A stretch of DNA of 61,067 bases from Bradymonadia bacterium (GTDB taxonomy: Bacteria > Myxococcota_A > Bradymonadia > UBA7976 > UBA1532): the NCBI GenBank assembly GCA_046290225.1, contig JBKAGE010000059.1, positions 1 to 61,067 of the forward strand, given 5' to 3'. The notes under the pieces were generated by a model. The model saw nothing but the letters and a program-made list of their open reading frames with translations. It was not told where the DNA came from and ran no database searches. The translations under genes and the position numbers were made by a program. Below, piece by piece: positions 48,141 through 60,460 of this stretch (its first letter is position 1; each line of letters starts with the position of its first letter).

Positions 48141-49610
48141 ATGAACTTCGACTGCCCCGCGTGTCACACGCCTCACAGCTTCCCTGAATCGGAGATCCCC
48201 GCTGCTGGCATTACCGTCGCCTGTACGCAGTGCGGGGTGCACATCGAGCTGGGTCCCCAAGGGGTGATGAACGCCCCCCAGCCAGCTCTGGGGCCAGCGA
48301 CCTCGCAGACGCCCCAGACGCCGGCCCCTGGTCCCTCGATGGACGACATCGCCTCTACGGCAGCGATCCCCGAGATGTCGCCTCTCGGCCCTGGCGCCGA
48401 CGCCGCCATCGACGACGGCACGCGCACCGAAGCGCAGAAGCCCGTCGACGTGGCCCCGCCTCCAAGCGCTGGCGGCGGCCCCGTCGGACGTCTGAAGAAG
48501 AAAAAGAAAGCCCCCGCTCCAGCGCCCTCTGCTGGTCCTGACACGGCGGACAGCGCCCCGGTGGCCGCCGAAGAGCGTGGCTTCCTCGATCCCGAGGGCG
48601 AGATGGAGCCGGAGACAGCACCTCCGGGCCTGAACATCCCCGGCTTTGCTGCCTCGAGCGACCACTGGACCTGGCGTGATCTGCCCACGGCCTTCATGGG
48701 GGTGGCGGAGCCCAAGCGTGTGCTGTACTCCGCCGCGGCCCTCACCGTGGTCTTCGTGGCCTACTTCCTGCTGACCTGGGTGGGCGCCCTGCTCGGCGGC
48801 CTCGTGGGCATTCTGGGCACCATTTTCAACGTCATCGCCGGCGTGGCGGCCTTCGGGGGCATCACCTTCGTCGGGGCCATCATGGCCTACGTCTGCTTCC
48901 AGACAGTGGTGGAGGGCAAGCCCTCATCCCTCAAGGCAGGTCTTGCCTGGGCCAAGTCGAACGTGAAGGGCGTCGTGGGCACCCCCCTCGCCTTCCTGGC
49001 GGTCATCCTCGCCGTGGGCATCGTGGAGGCCGTGGTGGGCTTCCTGGGCCTCATCCCCTTCGCCGGGCCCATCCTCTGGGGCATCCTGTCGCCGGCCACG
49101 GTGGTGCTCAGCCTCGCCGCGGGCCTCGTGGCGGTGGCGGCCTTCTACAGCCTGCCTCTCTACGTGCCGGTCATCTACAACGAGAAGACTGGCCCTGTGG
49201 AGACCCTCAAGCGCCTGCTGGGCTTGTTCCAGGAGCACGGCTTCAAGCTCGTGGGCTACATCCTGCTGGCTTCGCTCACCATCACGGTGATCTTCTTGCT
49301 CACCGTGATCCCTGCTCTGCGCATCAGCGGGCTGCTCACCAGCGGCGTGGGCGGCGCCACCATGGGTGGTGATCTGACGGCCATGGCCATGAGCGCCCCT
49401 GGTGGCTTCAGCCTGCCAGCCATGATGGCCACGGGCGGCACCATGGTCGGTGGCGGAGATCCGGGCATCGGCCACACCATCGGCGGCATCTTCGCCGGCA
49501 TTGGCGGCTGCCTGCTGCTGGGCCTCATCACCGCCCTGATCCTGCTCGCCTACTACACCAGCGGCGGCATCATCTACAGCATCGTGACCAACCGTAAGAA
49601 GAACAGCTGA
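48141..49610 (+). CDS. MJ0042-type Zn-ribbon + linker + multi-pass membrane protein
   Basis: MNFDCPAC...IPAAG..VACTQCG and several TM helices; strong GAGGAG RBS. Confidence 0.8.
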   Translation: MNFDCPACHTPHSFPESEIPAAGITVACTQCGVHIELGPQGVMNAPQPALGPATSQTPQTPAPGPSMDDIASTAAIPEMSPLGPGADAAIDDGTRTEAQKPVDVAPPPSAGGGPVGRLKKKKKAPAPAPSAGPDTADSAPVAAEERGFLDPEGEMEPETAPPGLNIPGFAASSDHWTWRDLPTAFMGVAEPKRVLYSAAALTVVFVAYFLLTWVGALLGGLVGILGTIFNVIAGVAAFGGITFVGAIMAYVCFQTVVEGKPSSLKAGLAWAKSNVKGVVGTPLAFLAVILAVGIVEAVVGFLGLIPFAGPILWGILSPATVVLSLAAGLVAVAAFYSLPLYVPVIYNEKTGPVETLKRLLGLFQEHGFKLVGYILLASLTITVIFLLTVIPALRISGLLTSGVGGATMGGDLTAMAMSAPGGFSLPAMMATGGTMVGGGDPGIGHTIGGIFAGIGGCLLLGLITALILLAYYTSGGIIYSIVTNRKKNS

Positions 49611-49887
49611 GCCACCCTTCCAGGCCCCTCCCCTGGCAATTTGCCACCCCGCGACGATTTGCCGCGCCCTCAACCCCCTGATTGAAAAGCATTTTCAGAG
49701 CTTCAAAGAAGTTTTGATTTGGGGCGTTCTCGCGCATCATGTGCCCCGTCGAAGCAACCTGAAGGGCCCGGCGGGCTCTTTGCATAGCCTCGAGACAGAC
49801 ACCGGCCAGCCCCCTCATCGCTGGCCTGATTGCCCCGTAGACGAGGGAGACGTCGGGGGCGAAACACACGTGGAGAAGTGAAGCACA

Positions 49888-50289
49888 ATGAGCAACACCC
49901 AGCGCACCGAGAACAGCCGTCGTGAGTTTCTGCTTGTGGCCACTGGCCTGAGCGTCGTCGCCGGCAGCGTGCTCTTCGCCGGCTGCGGCGGCAAGAAGGA
50001 CGGCGACAAGAAAGACGGCGACAAGAAGGCCGCCACTGGTGGTGACAAGAAGGCCGCCTCCGCAGGTGGCGGCGGCTGCACCGACATCTCCAAGCTCAAC
50101 GACGCCGAGAAGGCGATGCGCACCCAGCTGAAGTACATCGACATTTCCACCAACGCCGAGCAGAACTGCGCCAACTGCCAGCTCTACCAGGCTGCAACGG
50201 GCGGAGCCGCATGTGGCGGCTGCGCAGTGGTGAAGGGCCCCATCAACCCCAAGGGTTGGTGCGCCTCCTGGGCCAAGAAGGTGGGCTGA
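49888..50289 (+). CDS. High-potential iron-sulfur protein (HiPIP), Tat-exported lipoprotein
   Basis: SRREFL Tat motif, FAGC lipobox, CANCQLY...GGC...INPKGWCASW. Confidence 0.9.
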   Translation: MSNTQRTENSRREFLLVATGLSVVAGSVLFAGCGGKKDGDKKDGDKKAATGGDKKAASAGGGGCTDISKLNDAEKAMRTQLKYIDISTNAEQNCANCQLYQAATGGAACGGCAVVKGPINPKGWCASWAKKVG

Positions 50290-50383
50290 GCCGAGCACGG
50301 CTCTTCACCCCCTGCCCATCCCACCGCTATACTCGCCCGTTCAGCCCCCGTGATTTCCGACTCAGTGAAGAAGGACACAGGCC

Positions 50384-52084
50384 CTGAACATCCACGGCAA
50401 CACAAACGGCCTCAAGCCCAGCCAGCGTCAGCGGCTGCAGCGGCTGTACAATCGTAAAGTCCCTCGGGACGTCATCATCACCCCACCCCTGGCCACCACC
50501 TTGACCGAGCTCTCTCACGAGACCGGGCGTCAGGTGGGTGTCACCCTCGATCGACGAGGGCGGGTGGTGCACGTGATCATCGGCAACCACGAGAAGCTCT
50601 TCTTGCCCGACCTGGGGCGCTCTCGCGCCGGCGACAGCCGGTTCAGAGGCGTACGTCTGGTGCACACGCACCTCAAGAACGAGCCCCTCACCCATGACGA
50701 CCTCACCGACCTCGTGCGCCTGCGCCTCGACATGGTGGTGGCCATCGGCGTCGATCCGCATGGGAAGCCGGCGAACCTCTATCACACCCACATGATGCCG
50801 GCGGGCCGGGGCGACGCTTACGCCGAGCCCACGGTGACCACGGTGCACGACGAGCGCACTGACTTCACCGAGTTCATCGAGGCCCTCGAAGCGGAGTTCA
50901 CCCAGAGCACCGTGGGCGCCCGGGCCACCGAGGGGCAGACCCGGGCCATCGCGGTGCACGTGACCACCGGTCGAGATCGCATCGATCCCGACACCAGCCT
51001 GCAAGAGCTGCAAGAGCTCGCCCGCACCGCTGGGGTGATCATCGTCGACGTGATGATCCAGCGGCGGCCCCGCCTCGATCCGCGCTTCGTCATGGGTCAG
51101 GGCAAGCTCGACGAGTTGCTGCTGCTCACGATGCAGCTCGACTGTGAGCTGGTGATCTTCGACCAGAACCTGAGCCCCAATCAGGTGCGCTCGATCGCTG
51201 ACGTCACCGACGTAAAGGTCATCGATCGCAGCCAGCTGATCCTCGACATCTTCGCCCGCCGGGCCCACACCCGTGAGGGCAAACTGCAGGTAGAGCTGGC
51301 CCAACTGAAGTACACCCTGCCCCGCCTCGCCCAAAAGAACACCGCCTACTCGCGGCTCATGGGCGGCATCGGCGGTCGCGGGCCCGGTGAGAGCAAGCTC
51401 GAGGTCGATCGTCGGCGTGCCCGCGACCGCATCCGCAAGCTGGAGAAGCAGCTGGACCAGGTGGCCACTCGGCGCCAGACCCGTCGTCATCGGCGGGACA
51501 GCCGGGCGGTGCCGGTGGTGTCGATCGTGGGGTACACCAACGCCGGGAAGAGCACGCTGTTCAACGCCATCACTCAGAGCAAGGTGCTCGCCGAGGATCA
51601 GCTCTTCGCCACCCTGGACACCACGAGCAGGCGGCTGAGGTTCCCTCAAGAGCGCGAGGTCGTGCTCACCGACACCGTGGGCTTCATCCGAGATCTGCCC
51701 AAAGATCTCGTGAACGCCTTCAAGGCCACCCTCGAGGAGCTGCACGAGGCCGACTTGTTGCTGCACGTTGTCGACATCAGCGATCCCCGCATGGAGGAGC
51801 AGATGGAGTCGGTGGAGCGGATCCTGAGCGATCTCGAGTTGATGGACAAACCCCGCATCAAGGTCTTCAACAAGACCGATCGCATGACGCCGGAGATCGC
51901 GGAGAACCTCTGCAATCTGCACGACGCCATCGGGGTGAGCGCCATGAAGCGGCCGACGCTGAGGCCCCTGCTGGCTTCGGTAGAGGGTGCGCTGTGGAGC
52001 ATCGATCAAGCTCAACAGGCCGCCAAGGCGGCGCCGCGCCCCAGCCGTCACAACCGACACTCAGACACCCACCGGGAGAGCTGA
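50384..52084 (+). CDS. hflX: GTPase HflX (long N-terminal type)
   Basis: GYTNAGKS, FATLDTT, DTVGFI and NKTD motifs. The conserved-looking N-terminus IHGNTNGLKPSQ extends upstream of the TTG at 50501 to a CTG at 50384. Confidence 0.95.
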   Translation: MNIHGNTNGLKPSQRQRLQRLYNRKVPRDVIITPPLATTLTELSHETGRQVGVTLDRRGRVVHVIIGNHEKLFLPDLGRSRAGDSRFRGVRLVHTHLKNEPLTHDDLTDLVRLRLDMVVAIGVDPHGKPANLYHTHMMPAGRGDAYAEPTVTTVHDERTDFTEFIEALEAEFTQSTVGARATEGQTRAIAVHVTTGRDRIDPDTSLQELQELARTAGVIIVDVMIQRRPRLDPRFVMGQGKLDELLLLTMQLDCELVIFDQNLSPNQVRSIADVTDVKVIDRSQLILDIFARRAHTREGKLQVELAQLKYTLPRLAQKNTAYSRLMGGIGGRGPGESKLEVDRRRARDRIRKLEKQLDQVATRRQTRRHRRDSRAVPVVSIVGYTNAGKSTLFNAITQSKVLAEDQLFATLDTTSRRLRFPQEREVVLTDTVGFIRDLPKDLVNAFKATLEELHEADLLLHVVDISDPRMEEQMESVERILSDLELMDKPRIKVFNKTDRMTPEIAENLCNLHDAIGVSAMKRPTLRPLLASVEGALWSIDQAQQAAKAAPRPSRHNRHSDTHRES

Positions 52085-52087
52085 GCC

Positions 52088-53500
52088 ATGTCGGACGAGG
52101 TCACGCTCACCCTCACCCCAGCCACCGCCGTCGACGAAGCTGTGGTGCCCACCTTCTTGCGGGTGGTGCACCCCGAGCGCCTCGCCGGCTGGATCCCCCT
52201 CGGTGACGCTGGGGGTATCCTCGGCCGCAGCCCCGGAGATGAGGGCGGCCTGCCCGCCATCTCGTCGGGGCGGGTCTCCCGAGCCCACTGTGAGATCACC
52301 TGGGACAAACGCACCGCCCAACACGCGGTGCGTGATCTGGGCAGCCGCAACGGCTCGTGGCTCAACGGCGCGCAGCTGGGGGCCCAGCCTCTGTGGCTCA
52401 CCGAGGGCTCGGTCCTGCGCCTCGGCGACGTGGTCATGGTGTACGAGCGCGATCTGGGCCTGGCCATGACCCCCCCTGCGGGGGTCGACGCGTCGATGGC
52501 CCCTGGTGACTCGGGGGTGATGCGGCGGCTGAGGGTGCAGCTGAGCCAGCTGGCGCACGACCCGGCGCCGGTGCTGGTCATGGGCGAGACGGGTACAGGC
52601 AAAGAGCGCATCTGCCAGGCGCTCCACAGCCTGAGCGGCCGCCCGGGCTCACTCGTGGTAGAGAACTGCGCCACCATCGAAGGCAACATCGCCGAGAGTC
52701 GCCTGTTCGGCCACAAGCGCGGGGCCTTCACCGGCGCCGTGGCAGAGCATCGCGGGCTGTTTCAGAGCGCCCACAAGGGCACGCTGTTCCTCGACGAGAT
52801 CGGCGAGTTGCCCCTCGAAGTGCAGGCCAAGCTGCTCCGGGCTCTGGAGAGTGGTGAGATTACGCCTTTGGGCGCCCCTCGCCCTGTCACGGTGGACGCC
52901 CGGGTGGTGGCGGCGACCCACAGGCCTCTGAGCGAGATGGTGCAAGAGGGCCGCTTCAGGCAAGACCTGCACGCCCGACTGAACCTGAGCTTCATCGAGG
53001 TGCCCCCACTCCGGGCCCGCCGCGGTGACATATTGAGCTGGTGCCAACGCCTGCTCCAGGCCTGGGCAGATGATCGACAACGGGCCAAAGCCACGCTGTC
53101 TTTCGACGAAGAGGCCGCCGAAGCGCTGGTGCTTCATCCGTGGCCCGACAACCTTCGAGGCATCAAGCGTTTGGTCCATCAGCTGATGATGACACCGGGC
53201 GCAGTGAGTCCTGAGGGGGTTGTGACTGCTGCACGCTTGAAGCCGCTGCTGGCCCAATCCTCCGGGCCGACGACAGGCAGCCATCGCGCAGCACGCCCCA
53301 CTGTAGATCTGACGCCAGTGGAGCCCCTCGCCCCGTCTTCTGCGGGGCCCAAGCCGCCGAAGCCGTCGAAAGAAGAGCTGGCCGAGGCTCTGGAACGGTT
53401 TGGCAGCGTGCGGGCGACGGCGAAACACTATGATCGCGATCGCCGGCAGATTTATCGCTGGATCAAAGCCTACGACCTCGTGCCACCGAGTGAGGATTAA
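52088..53500 (+). CDS. FHA-domain sigma54 enhancer-binding protein
   Basis: FHA (LGR, VSRAH, DLGSRNG), GETGTGKE, GAFTGA, FLDEIG and C-terminal HTH (RRQIYRW). Confidence 0.93.
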   Translation: MSDEVTLTLTPATAVDEAVVPTFLRVVHPERLAGWIPLGDAGGILGRSPGDEGGLPAISSGRVSRAHCEITWDKRTAQHAVRDLGSRNGSWLNGAQLGAQPLWLTEGSVLRLGDVVMVYERDLGLAMTPPAGVDASMAPGDSGVMRRLRVQLSQLAHDPAPVLVMGETGTGKERICQALHSLSGRPGSLVVENCATIEGNIAESRLFGHKRGAFTGAVAEHRGLFQSAHKGTLFLDEIGELPLEVQAKLLRALESGEITPLGAPRPVTVDARVVAATHRPLSEMVQEGRFRQDLHARLNLSFIEVPPLRARRGDILSWCQRLLQAWADDRQRAKATLSFDEEAAEALVLHPWPDNLRGIKRLVHQLMMTPGAVSPEGVVTAARLKPLLAQSSGPTTGSHRAARPTVDLTPVEPLAPSSAGPKPPKPSKEELAEALERFGSVRATAKHYDRDRRQIYRWIKAYDLVPPSED

Positions 53501-53519
53501 CCATCGTTTAGATGGCCGC

Positions 53520-55324
<1,805 letters not shown>

Positions 55325-55328
<4 letters not shown>

Positions 55329-56380
55329 GGCCAGCGCCCCTGCCAGCCGAAGATGGCCTGCTCGCCATCCCATGAGGCCGTGGGGCCGACATCATCGCTG
55401 TCGAACTCGCTCACCCCCCAGTAGAGCGCCAGACCACCCATGGCGACCAGGGCCCAGGAGAGGACGGCCTGATTGTCGATGGTGCGCTGCCGATCCTCGA
55501 GGGCGCTGCCGCTGATGGCGTTCTTGTCGTCCTCGAGATCTCGCCAGCCATTGAAGGCCTTGACGCCGAAGATGCCCCCGGCGACCAAGGCCGCGCCGCC
55601 AAAGCCTGTGAGGGTCCAGGCGAAGGTGTTGTCGTGGGGCTCTACAGGCTCGGCGATCCTCGGTGGGCTGCTGATGGCGCTGCACTGGCCCTCGACGCAC
55701 TGCTCACCTTCACCGCACTTGATGTACTCGCAGGTCCGAAGCACGCATTTCTGCGCCACGCACAATTGCTCTCCAGGGCAGCCCACCTCTTCGCAGTTGG
55801 GCTTCAGAGGGTCGAAGATGATGCGCGTGGGACCCTTTCGATCCACACTGAGCTGTCGAGTGGTGCGTACTCCGCTCTCGAAGGTGAGATCGAAGGCGTG
55901 TGTGCCATAAGGCAGCCACACAGTGACCGGCGTCCTGAAAATCTCGTCGGGCTCGAACCCTGGTGTGATGCTGATGCGTGTCCCTGTGGCACCACTGGCG
56001 ATCTTGAGGGCGCCGTACCGCTCGGACTGCTCGAGACTCTGCTCCACGAGCTTCAGCTCGTCGGGCAGCCATGGTGGCAAGCGCTGGGCGTCGCCAATGC
56101 GCCTCTGGCACTGCCGCATGAAATACTGCCCCCGGTGGGGCAACCGCAGCTTGGTGTAGATGAGGCCGATGACGCAGTCATGTGGTGCCGCAGGCTCAGT
56201 GGCATGGGCCTGCTTGTAGGCGTCGAGGGCCTCGGCGTAGCGACCCGCTTTGTAATGGGCCCGCCCAGCCTCAGCGGGGCTCTGAGCGTGAGCAGATGAT
56301 GTGGAGAGGAGCCCCCCAACCATCAGCCCGCCGATCATCTGTGCAGTCGCGATCATCCACAGGTGCATGGTGGGCGTCAT
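55325..56380 (-). CDS. Exported TPR + PEGA-like + Cys-rich protein
   Basis: AGRAHYKAGRYAEALDAYKQA TPR, Cys modules and C-terminal hydrophobic segments; its stop overlaps the kinase start. Confidence 0.75.
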
Positions 56381-56516
56381 ATCACAGAATCGGTCGCCGC
56401 TGGCCACCGCGGGCGTTTCACGCGCTGACATGGTCAGCTTCTGCAGCCATGGCACGACCTTCGACTCGACACGGGCCCGTCGGGCCCTCGCACGGCCAGC
56501 CTCCTCTGCCTTGAAA

Positions 56517-56966
56517 TCACTCGAAGGCAGGCACTGGCGGCGGCGCCTCCGAGTAATCCAGGCGATACCAGTACGTGCCCGAGATCATCGTACCCAGGCC
56601 AAAGACCATCATCGAGGGATACACCCAGTGCGGACCCTGGCGATCGACGCAGCGGAGCTCGGCGTCTCGAGTGCCACAGGTCGGGCTGGCCAGAGTCCCG
56701 GCGAGGCCGGCGAGGGCCATGACCCCACCGGTGATGAGCAGCGTCACGCCAAGGGGCCGCACAGGCGGCGGTACGGGCCGGAGCAGCCGCTCCACCTCAG
56801 GCGTGTTCAAGATCTCGGCGAAGGCCCCCACCCCATCGAGGGCCTGGCCGAGAGTGAGGGGCGCACCGGGCTGTGGCGGGGGCACGTGCTGCCCCCACGC
56901 GGCCGCCGGCATCAACGCAGCACACAGAGCCCCTGCGTGTATGCGGCTCAGCGCCCCCTTCAGCAT
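56517..56966 (-). CDS. Small membrane protein
   Basis: Signal peptide and two TM segments flanking a Cys pair; coupled to the upstream gene. Confidence 0.6.
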   Translation of the reverse strand: MLKGALSRIHAGALCAALMPAAAWGQHVPPPQPGAPLTLGQALDGVGAFAEILNTPEVERLLRPVPPPVRPLGVTLLITGGVMALAGLAGTLASPTCGTRDAELRCVDRQGPHWVYPSMMVFGLGTMISGTYWYRLDYSEAPPPVPAFE

Positions 56967-58813
56967 CAGAGCAGCTCCGATTGCCCGACCGGCGCCACGC
57001 TGAGCTTGATCGGGCGGGCCACGGCCAGGGGCCAGTCGCGACCCGGGAAGACCCCACGGACCGCCTCGTGGGCGGAGCGGCGCAGCGCCCGCAGCGTCTT
57101 GGGGCTCAAGGCCCCCTTGGTGAGCACCAGGGCATCGGGGAAGAAGCTGTAGGCGTGGCTCAGCGCGGCGATCTCACCGCCGGGCACACCAGCCGAGCCC
57201 ATGACCTGGTGGATCCGCCCGGGCTCCAACACGAGGGAGCCGGCATCTGCAGCCACGATCAGCCATGCCTCGCTTTCATCCACGGGCAGCTTGCGCAAGG
57301 CCAGCACCTTCAGGTGAGCCTTGCCCAGCCCTTCCTGGTACGCCGTCTCGAGACGCTGTAGATCACGGCGAGGATCCGCCTCGAGCAAGGTGGAGTGACT
57401 GGGCCCCTCGAGGGTGTAGACCACCACATGCTTGCCGATGACCACCCCCGCCAGGGTGCGGGGATCTACGCCGAGCAGATCGAGGGGGCGGATGACCTTC
57501 CCCACCCGGGCAGGGCCACCGGTCACCGGGCAACGGGTGAGATCGTGGGCGTCGCGGCGGAAGGTGTCTTCTGCGTGGTCATACCCGAGCATGTCGAGCA
57601 AGGCGTCGACGCCCTCCTGGGCTCGACCCACGAGGGTCATCAGGGGCCATCGATACCGCCCATCGTCAGCGGCATCTTCTCGGGCGATGACCAGCGTGGC
57701 GCCGTCTTCCACGGAGATCATCCAGTCTTCCAGGGCCTCGGTGAGGCGCGTCACCAGATCGCGCCCCTCTGCCGTGGCCCGGATCGCCGGACCGAACCAC
57801 ACCGCGGCGCCGTCGGCGAAGGTCATCCCCGCGTGCAGGGTCCGCAGATAGAAGGCGTCGAAGGGCAGCATCTGGCTCACGGTGCCCGCAGAGAGAGACA
57901 CCTGCACCCCGGCATCTTCGAGCTCTTCACCCTGCATCACCGAGGTGACCTGCACCCCATAAACCTCTGCCAGAGACTCGATGGCCCTCAGCATGCGGTT
58001 GGCGTCGGAGAGGGCGAACATCTCGAGGGCGCCCCCGTGCACCGCCTCGCTGTGTGGACCGAGCCAAGCCGCGGGGCTCTCCTCTGCAGCGAGCAGGTCG
58101 AGGGGATCGTCGGCGCGGCCGAGGAACTCCAGGGTGTCGTAGCGCCGGGGTGCGCTGTGGCCCAGGACCTCTTCCAGGGCCGCGTCTTCCCGGGAGGCAG
58201 GATCTGGATCCTGAGGATCCCCCGGGCGGGCGCCGATGATGTAGCCCGGCTCCACCTCCACAGCGAGGGAGGTCTCGGCCTCGACGGCCCCTTGCACCAG
58301 CATCCGCCACCCTGATCGCAGGTCGAAGAACGCCCCCACCTGATCGCGGAACATCAGCTCGTTCTCCGGCGCCTCGAGCTCCACGGCCTTGCCCCGAGCG
58401 TCCACCCGCCAGCAGCGCGCCGCTCCAGGGACCTCACCCTCGGGCGCCTCAAGCTCGACGGACCAGTCGAAGCCCGAGGTCTTGATGAAGTGAGAGTACA
58501 GCGCCGCCGAGGCCACGAAGGGCCCCTCGTGGCCGCAGGACTCACACTGGGCGTGAGGCAGATGCAGGCGCACCGACCACCAGCTCTGGGTCAGCCCCTC
58601 GATGAAGGCCTCGATGGGGCCCTCGCCCATGGACTCGGGGAAGGCGTCGGTCACCACCACCGGGTGACCACAGTTGGGACACGGGTAGAGCACATGACCT
58701 TGATCATAGGTCTCGACGTCGAGCTTCTTGATCAGCTGCCGCCGGCTCTTGAACACCTGCATGCGGAACGGGTCGAGGGCCTGCGTATCGTTGGGCGATT
58801 GTCCCTGAGTCAC
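56966..58813 (-). CDS. Cytoplasmic hypothetical protein with an N-terminal Zn-binding motif
   Basis: CPNCG...CESCG; 615-aa ORF with host-like codon usage. Confidence 0.7.
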   Translation of the reverse strand: MTQGQSPNDTQALDPFRMQVFKSRRQLIKKLDVETYDQGHVLYPCPNCGHPVVVTDAFPESMGEGPIEAFIEGLTQSWWSVRLHLPHAQCESCGHEGPFVASAALYSHFIKTSGFDWSVELEAPEGEVPGAARCWRVDARGKAVELEAPENELMFRDQVGAFFDLRSGWRMLVQGAVEAETSLAVEVEPGYIIGARPGDPQDPDPASREDAALEEVLGHSAPRRYDTLEFLGRADDPLDLLAAEESPAAWLGPHSEAVHGGALEMFALSDANRMLRAIESLAEVYGVQVTSVMQGEELEDAGVQVSLSAGTVSQMLPFDAFYLRTLHAGMTFADGAAVWFGPAIRATAEGRDLVTRLTEALEDWMISVEDGATLVIAREDAADDGRYRWPLMTLVGRAQEGVDALLDMLGYDHAEDTFRRDAHDLTRCPVTGGPARVGKVIRPLDLLGVDPRTLAGVVIGKHVVVYTLEGPSHSTLLEADPRRDLQRLETAYQEGLGKAHLKVLALRKLPVDESEAWLIVAADAGSLVLEPGRIHQVMGSAGVPGGEIAALSHAYSFFPDALVLTKGALSPKTLRALRRSAHEAVRGVFPGRDWPLAVARPIKLSVAPVGQSELL

Positions 58814-58905
58814 TGCGCTGCTCCAGATCTATCGAGGGCACCACCGCGGACGGCGGGCGCCAAAGGGCGCGGAATATAGCGAGGTGGGGCGTTCAGTTCT
58901 ATGCC

Positions 58906-60135
58906 TCAGGTCTTCTCGTAGATGCAGGCCAGCTCGATCTCCAGGGCCTCGGCCTCAGCACCACACGAAGCGGGGCACAGCAAAAGGCGCTGCGGATCGG
59001 CCGGAGCGTCAAAGTACCAGCCGCCCTCGTCGGTGCAATCCTCGGGACCATCCACCGCAGGGAGATCACGTGGGTTCGGGCCCGCAGTGCGCACCTGCAC
59101 GTCGGTGTACTCCACCTCGAAGCGCTCGCCGGGATCAGGCACGTCGAAGGTGCATGGCACCGCTTGAGCCTGCACCACCCGCGCCTCGAGGGCCTCGAAG
59201 ATCGGACTCCAGTCCGGCAGGCAGATCGACTGCTGCAGGCCTCCAGTGGCTTCGGAGAGCGCCAGATAAGCTTCACCGCGAGACTCACCGCACGAGCAAC
59301 TGTCGTCGAAGGCGCACCCGGGCGTCTGCCCCACCAGGTCGACGATGCTGTGCACGATGGCCCGGTCACCGAGGGCCGCCTCTCTGGCGATCAAAGCGGC
59401 AAAATCCTCGGCGCCGTCTCCCCACCCCTCGTCGTCATCCGTGACGAAGACGAAGTGCTTGTTGGCCTCAGGGCGTAGAAAGTCACGGTACTGCTCGAAG
59501 GTGGCCACAGCCTCCGCGAGGGCCTCACGGCTGTGGATCGGCTCACGCACGTGTCGATAGCGCGGGCTGTCGACGTCCGGGCACTGCGCAGCGCCGCTCA
59601 GCGGTGGGGGCACGCAAATCTCGAAGAACTGACGGGCCTCGGCGGGGATGTACTGCTCTCGATCACTGCCCACGACGACGACGCGGTAGTCGAGACCGGA
59701 GGCGGCGATGCGCCCTGCGAAGTCGTTGAGTTCGGCCTCGATGATGGCGATCTCCTCCCCCATGCTCGGCGAAGCGTCGATGACCCAGATGATGTCCACG
59801 GGCCTCAGAAGTGGGGTGGAATCGAAGGTCTGTGAGAAGCAAATCTGCGCATCGGGGGCCAAACTCGCCGCGTCGGGCATCAAGGCTGCGTCAGCGACTC
59901 CGACATCCGGCATCACCATGGCGTCGAGATCGAGCCCCTCGTCGGGCATCATCGCGGCGCCCGCGCCACCGGTCATCCCCCCACCCGCGCCGCCGGAGCC
60001 GCCGATGGTCCCGCCATCTCGAGGGGCTCTTGCCATCTCTTCAGCATCTACTGAAGCGGCGCCCCCAGAAGCAGAATCATCTTCACAACCCAGAGCCAGC
60101 ACGAGAGCCAACGCCCAGACACAGATCTGTCGCAT
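58906..60135 (-). CDS. vWA-domain lipoprotein (myxobacterial type)
   Basis: Lipobox ALGC, PVDIIWVIDASPSM, FVFVTDD and a C-terminal GWYFD...LCPASC domain. Confidence 0.85.
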   Translation of the reverse strand: MRQICVWALALVLALGCEDDSASGGAASVDAEEMARAPRDGGTIGGSGGAGGGMTGGAGAAMMPDEGLDLDAMVMPDVGVADAALMPDAASLAPDAQICFSQTFDSTPLLRPVDIIWVIDASPSMGEEIAIIEAELNDFAGRIAASGLDYRVVVVGSDREQYIPAEARQFFEICVPPPLSGAAQCPDVDSPRYRHVREPIHSREALAEAVATFEQYRDFLRPEANKHFVFVTDDDEGWGDGAEDFAALIAREAALGDRAIVHSIVDLVGQTPGCAFDDSCSCGESRGEAYLALSEATGGLQQSICLPDWSPIFEALEARVVQAQAVPCTFDVPDPGERFEVEYTDVQVRTAGPNPRDLPAVDGPEDCTDEGGWYFDAPADPQRLLLCPASCGAEAEALEIELACIYEKT

Positions 60136-60460
60136 CACCCAATCCTCCTCACCGCTCGGCCCGTTCACGTTCACTCAGCGCCGCCGAGATGGCAAGGGCG
60201 GGGGTTCCGTGTTCTCATCTCTATATGGATGCTCTGCTCAACCTCGTCCGAAGCCACCCGGGCACCCCCACGTACCCATGTGCAGTGCTTCTGGATCATG
60301 GATCTACGGGCCCACAACCTCAGGGCCCATCTCCGGCATCACACGGTATGCGGTCCCTCAACGGCACCCTCATACGCCTGAGCCCACTTGACGTGACGCT
60401 CACAAGTGGCCACAACCCCCCGCAGAAACGCTCACAGCAAATGCTTTAAGCGAGGTGCTT

